32,000 nucleotides of DNA from Geotalea daltonii FRC-32 (lineage in GTDB: Bacteria; Desulfobacterota; Desulfuromonadia; Geobacterales; Geobacteraceae), in the NCBI RefSeq assembly GCF_000022265.1, contig NC_011979.1, positions 4,020,001 to 4,052,000 on the forward strand. Direction: 5' to 3'. Positions within the stretch are counted from its first letter, which is position 1, and each line of letters opens with the position of its first letter. Shown in pieces: positions 29,181 to 32,000 of the stretch. A model generated the notes under the pieces. The model worked only from the letters and a program-made list of their open reading frames with translations, was not told the DNA's origin and did no database searches. Both the position numbers and the translations under genes were made by a program.

Positions 29181-30269
29181 TCACAGTGCAGCGATTATGG
29201 CCTTGCCCATCTCACTGGTGTTGACCAGCTTCTCGCCATCCTTTTTCTGATAGATGTCCCTGGTCCGGTAGCCCTGGTCGAGAACTTTGGCCACTGCCTT
29301 ATCGATGGCATCGGCGGCCTCGACCAAACCGAAGGAATAGCGCAGCATCATGCCCGCCGACAGGATCTGGGCAATGGGGTTGGCAATGCCCTGACCGGCA
29401 ATATCAGGTGCCGAGCCGCCGGATGGCTCATACATGCCGAAGGTCCCTTCTGCCAGTGAAGCGCTGGGGAGCATCCCCAGGGAGCCAGTCAGCATGGCGG
29501 CCTCATCGGAAAGGATATCGCCAAACATGTTTTCGCAAAGCAGGACGTCGAACTGCTTGGGCCAGCGCACCAGCTGCATGGCCCCGTTGTCTACGTACAT
29601 GTGGGTCAGCTCCACATCGGGATATTCCTTGCCGATGCCGGTCACCACCTCGCGCCAGAGAACCGATGAAGAAAGAACATTGGCCTTGTCGATGGAGCAG
29701 ACCTTCTTTGAACGCTTGCGAGCCGCCTGAAAAGCAACATGGGTAATGCGCTCGATCTCCGGTACGCTGTACTTCATGGTATCGATGCCGATCCGGTCGC
29801 GTCCCTGACCCTCGATTCCCTTTGGCTGTGAAAAATAGATACCGCCGGTAAGTTCACGGACCACCAGTACGTTGAAGCCGCCGGCAATCACCTCTTCCTT
29901 AAGTGATGAAGCACCGGTAAGGGATGGGAAAATGATGGCAGGACGCAGATTGGCATAGAGCCCGAATATCTTGCGCAGAGGAAGCAATGCCCCCCGCTCC
30001 GGCTGCTCATCGGGTGGCAGGGTTTCCCATTTGGGGCCGCCCACCGAACCGAAAAGAATTGCATCGGCAGCCTTGCAGATATTGATGGTAGTTTCCGGGA
30101 GGGCCTTGCCCTCATTATCAATGCCGGCTCCCCCCACGTTGGCATGGGTGCGCTCGAATTTCACATCGTATTTTGTTTCGACAGCGTCCAGAACCCGCAA
30201 CGCCTCGGCCATAACCTCAGGGCCGATACCATCACCGGGCAGAACTGCCACTTTGAAAGCTTTTGCCAT
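29181..30269 (-). CDS. leuB: 3-isopropylmalate dehydrogenase
   Basis: 362 aa from ATG 30267-30269 ([19 protein letters not shown]...), with a GGGGGA RBS upstream. Motifs include [39 protein letters not shown] and [17 protein letters not shown]. Confidence 0.95.
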   Translation of the reverse strand: MAKAFKVAVLPGDGIGPEVMAEALRVLDAVETKYDVKFERTHANVGGAGIDNEGKALPETTINICKAADAILFGSVGGPKWETLPPDEQPERGALLPLRKIFGLYANLRPAIIFPSLTGASSLKEEVIAGGFNVLVVRELTGGIYFSQPKGIEGQGRDRIGIDTMKYSVPEIERITHVAFQAARKRSKKVCSIDKANVLSSSVLWREVVTGIGKEYPDVELTHMYVDNGAMQLVRWPKQFDVLLCENMFGDILSDEAAMLTGSLGMLPSASLAEGTFGMYEPSGGSAPDIAGQGIANPIAQILSAGMMLRYSFGLVEAADAIDKAVAKVLDQGYRTRDIYQKKDGEKLVNTSEMGKAIIAAL

Positions 30270-30306
30270 TGTTAATCCCCCGCTTATCAATTTAAAAAAT
30301 TGGTCG

Positions 30307-30336
30307 ATATTATTTGCCCCAACGCATAGTTGTCAA
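30307..30336 (-). promoter_or_regulatory. Candidate promoter for leuB
   Basis: Minus strand reads TTGACA (30331-30336), an 18-nt spacer, then TAATAT (30307-30312). It is about 38 nt upstream of the leuB ATG. Confidence 0.35.
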
Positions 30337-30413
30337 CAAAAAAGGACCGCTTTTACACGATCCCGATCGAAATTGCGATAAATATCAAGTTTCAGCTATG
30401 ACTATGACAAGGT

Positions 30414-31451
30414 CTACTTCTGTAGTCGGATTGATGCTGCAGCCCCTCCGACAAAGGCTTCTGTCAATTCTCGTTCAAGACGGTAACCTTCGCCGTTGTA
30501 CTTGGCGGAGAAATGAAACGGGGTCACCCTTGTCACGCCCGCCTGGCGGGCCAGGGAACCGGCCTGGGCTGCAGTCAGGTGGCATTTTACCCTGGCCCGG
30601 TCAGCTTCCTCATTCAAGAAAGTGGATTCAATAAAAAGATAATCGGCATCATGGGCAAGAGTGACTATTTTCCCTGCATTGGCGGGGGAAAAGACCACGT
30701 CTGTCACATAGGCAATCTTCTGTCCCGGCACCACCTGCAATACCTGGCCCTTCAGGTCGCCCAGCTTCATCTCACGCTCCTCGTAGCCTCCTGCCTTCTT
30801 CCACGATGCCCGAATGATCGTATCATCCGGCTTTTCCTGCAGGACCGCCCGTTTCAAGTCGGCCAGCCACGGCCCCACTTCAAGGCCAAGATTTTCCAGG
30901 CGATTTTTCATTACGTTTACGTGCTGCTTTTCCTCAAGACAGAAGGCGAGGCTGGTGGTCCTGTGATCGAGGCAGGCACAATGGATCGAGAAATTCTCCT
31001 CATCCAGCAACAGCCCATAGTCAACCATAAATGAGCGGCCGGCGCTCCTGTGGAAACCTTCACGGCAATGGAATTCGGCAGAGAGCGCAGAACCGTCCCC
31101 ATCCACTTCAACGGCAACAACGGTGAAATCAGTTGGATAATTCTCTACCAGGTTCCAGGTATATCCGGCCAGCCGATGTTCAATCTGCTCGACAAAGCCG
31201 GAGGGGCCATAAAGGCGGATTCTTTTGTCGCGCCCCAGACAGGTGCGGACCAGCTGATCAAAGCCGATAAAATGATCCACATGGGTGTGGGACACAAAGA
31301 TGTGGCTTACCCGCAGAAGCTTTCGCGCCGAGAGGTTTGACAGGTCGCCAAGGTCGAAGAGAATCGCTCGCCGCTCGAAGAGAAAATCAATGTAAAGTCC
31401 CGGATCATCAAATGGGTCATTAATGAGGAATGGATGAAACTGAGGGGTCAT
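30414..31451 (-). CDS. MBL-fold metallo-hydrolase (RNase Z / beta-lactamase-fold family), function unknown
   Basis: 345-aa ORF with the HxHxDH zinc motif (VSHTHVDHFIGFD) and later His/Asp ligand contexts (CLDHRT, AYVTDV, TPFHFSAKY). Confidence 0.8.
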   Translation of the reverse strand: MTPQFHPFLINDPFDDPGLYIDFLFERRAILFDLGDLSNLSARKLLRVSHIFVSHTHVDHFIGFDQLVRTCLGRDKRIRLYGPSGFVEQIEHRLAGYTWNLVENYPTDFTVVAVEVDGDGSALSAEFHCREGFHRSAGRSFMVDYGLLLDEENFSIHCACLDHRTTSLAFCLEEKQHVNVMKNRLENLGLEVGPWLADLKRAVLQEKPDDTIIRASWKKAGGYEEREMKLGDLKGQVLQVVPGQKIAYVTDVVFSPANAGKIVTLAHDADYLFIESTFLNEEADRARVKCHLTAAQAGSLARQAGVTRVTPFHFSAKYNGEGYRLERELTEAFVGGAAASIRLQK

Positions 31452-31555
31452 GTGGCGCCTCTGATGCAGTGATCTGTATTTATTCTACCGGCAAAGCAAT
31501 TACAGTCAAAATTGCCGGTTCCATCAATAGACACAGATGGCAAATGAGGTTGACG

Positions 31556-31584
31556 TTGACAGTGTACGATTGAACATTTAGAGT
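31556..31584 (+). promoter_or_regulatory. Candidate sigma70 promoter for the plus-strand MshEN-domain gene
   Basis: Plus strand reads TTGACA (31556-31561, inside TTGACGTTGACA), a 17-nt spacer, then TAGAGT (31579-31584). The palindrome array starts at the last base of the -10. Confidence 0.35.
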
Positions 31585-31638
31585 AGTTTCCATCCGGAAA
31601 CCACTAGTTTCTCATCCGGAGTTTCCGGATGGAAACTA
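31584..31638. repeat. Perfect 18-bp inverted repeat built from GTTTCC-N4-GGAAAC palindromes, with a third degenerate copy between the arms
   Basis: TAGTTTCCATCCGGAAAC (31584-31601) is the exact reverse complement of GTTTCCGGATGGAAACTA (31621-31638). Each arm is itself a palindrome with 6-bp arms. A degenerate copy, TAGTTTCTCATCCGGA (31605-31620), lies between them. Confidence 0.9.
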
Positions 31639-31673
31639 GAGTATGAAAAATTTGCAAGATGCTGGGGGATGTG

Positions 31674-32000
31674 ATGGCGCTTAAACTGGGTGAGATGCTG
31701 GTGGAATCGGGGATAATAACCCAGGCTGAACTTGATGAAACCCTGAAAAGCCAGGTTATTTTCGGCGGCAAGATCGGCACAAACCTCATCGAAATGGGTT
31801 ACATAGAGGAAGAGGAACTGGCCCAGTTTCTCAGCAAAAAGCTTGGCGTTCCCTGTGCCGGCAATGAGCAGTTGATCAACCTCCATCCCGGTGCATTAAA
31901 GCTCATTCCCAAAGAGATAGTAAGAAAATACCGGGTCGTACCCCTGGGGCTGGATAAGAAAAAGCTTTACGTGGCCATGGAGGATCCCTCCAATCTGGCC
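31674..32000 (+). CDS. T2SSE_N / MshEN-domain protein (5' partial, runs off the window)
   Basis: Open frame from ATG 31674 to the window end (109 codons). It is absent from the ORF track because it has no stop. A GGGGGA RBS lies upstream. My translation is MALKLGEMLVESGIITQAELDETLKSQVIFGGKIGTNLIEMGYIEEEELAQFLSKKLGVPCAGNEQLINLHPGALKLIPKEIVRKYRVVPLGLDKKKLYVAMEDPSNLA, which is GspE/PilB N-terminal-domain-like. Confidence 0.8.
   Translation, partial: MALKLGEMLVESGIITQAELDETLKSQVIFGGKIGTNLIEMGYIEEEELAQFLSKKLGVPCAGNEQLINLHPGALKLIPKEIVRKYRVVPLGLDKKKLYVAMEDPSNLA

Noticed and set aside
31578-31886. 102-aa minus-strand ORF opposite the start of the MshEN-domain gene.
   Set aside because: The plus-strand frame has an RBS and an exact MshEN/T2SSE_N motif. 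The minus-strand frame has no recognisable features and would begin inside that gene.

Overview
Nearly all coding in this window is on the minus strand. Judged by my recollection of EF-Tu and RNA polymerase sequences, it comes from a Desulfuromonadales/Geobacter-like deltaproteobacterium; I ran no search.

(1) 1-19.5 kb is the universal core block. In minus-strand transcription order it is truA, rplM-rpsI, argC, a YgiQ radical SAM gene, an E. coli-like tRNA(Thr-Tyr-Gly-Thr)-tuf unit, rpmG, tRNA-Trp, secE-nusG, rplKAJL, rpoBC and rpsL-rpsG.

(2) 19.56-26.75 kb is the region worth a second look. It is a compact, co-oriented five-gene accessory cassette between asd and truA. Its genes are a secreted VIT+VWA protein ending in a PEP-CTERM sorting signal, a B12-binding radical SAM enzyme, a single polypeptide fusing a PglC-like phosphoglycosyl transferase to an exosortase-family domain, and a CreB/CreC-like two-component system. 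Phased TTCA(C/T/A) repeats at 11-bp spacing, resembling the E. coli CreB 'cre tag', lie upstream of the first gene. I read this as a candidate self-contained, dedicated exosortase sorting and modification system with its own sensor. I cannot tell from sequence alone whether this sub-family has already been catalogued.

(3) 26.77-31.45 kb holds two tandem aspartate-semialdehyde dehydrogenases of different structural classes separated by a structured spacer, then leuB and an MBL-fold hydrolase.

(4) From 31674 a plus-strand gene starts and runs off the window. It has a perfect MshEN-type c-di-GMP-binding motif and is preceded by nested palindromes.

I saw no CRISPR array, transposase, integrase or rRNA.
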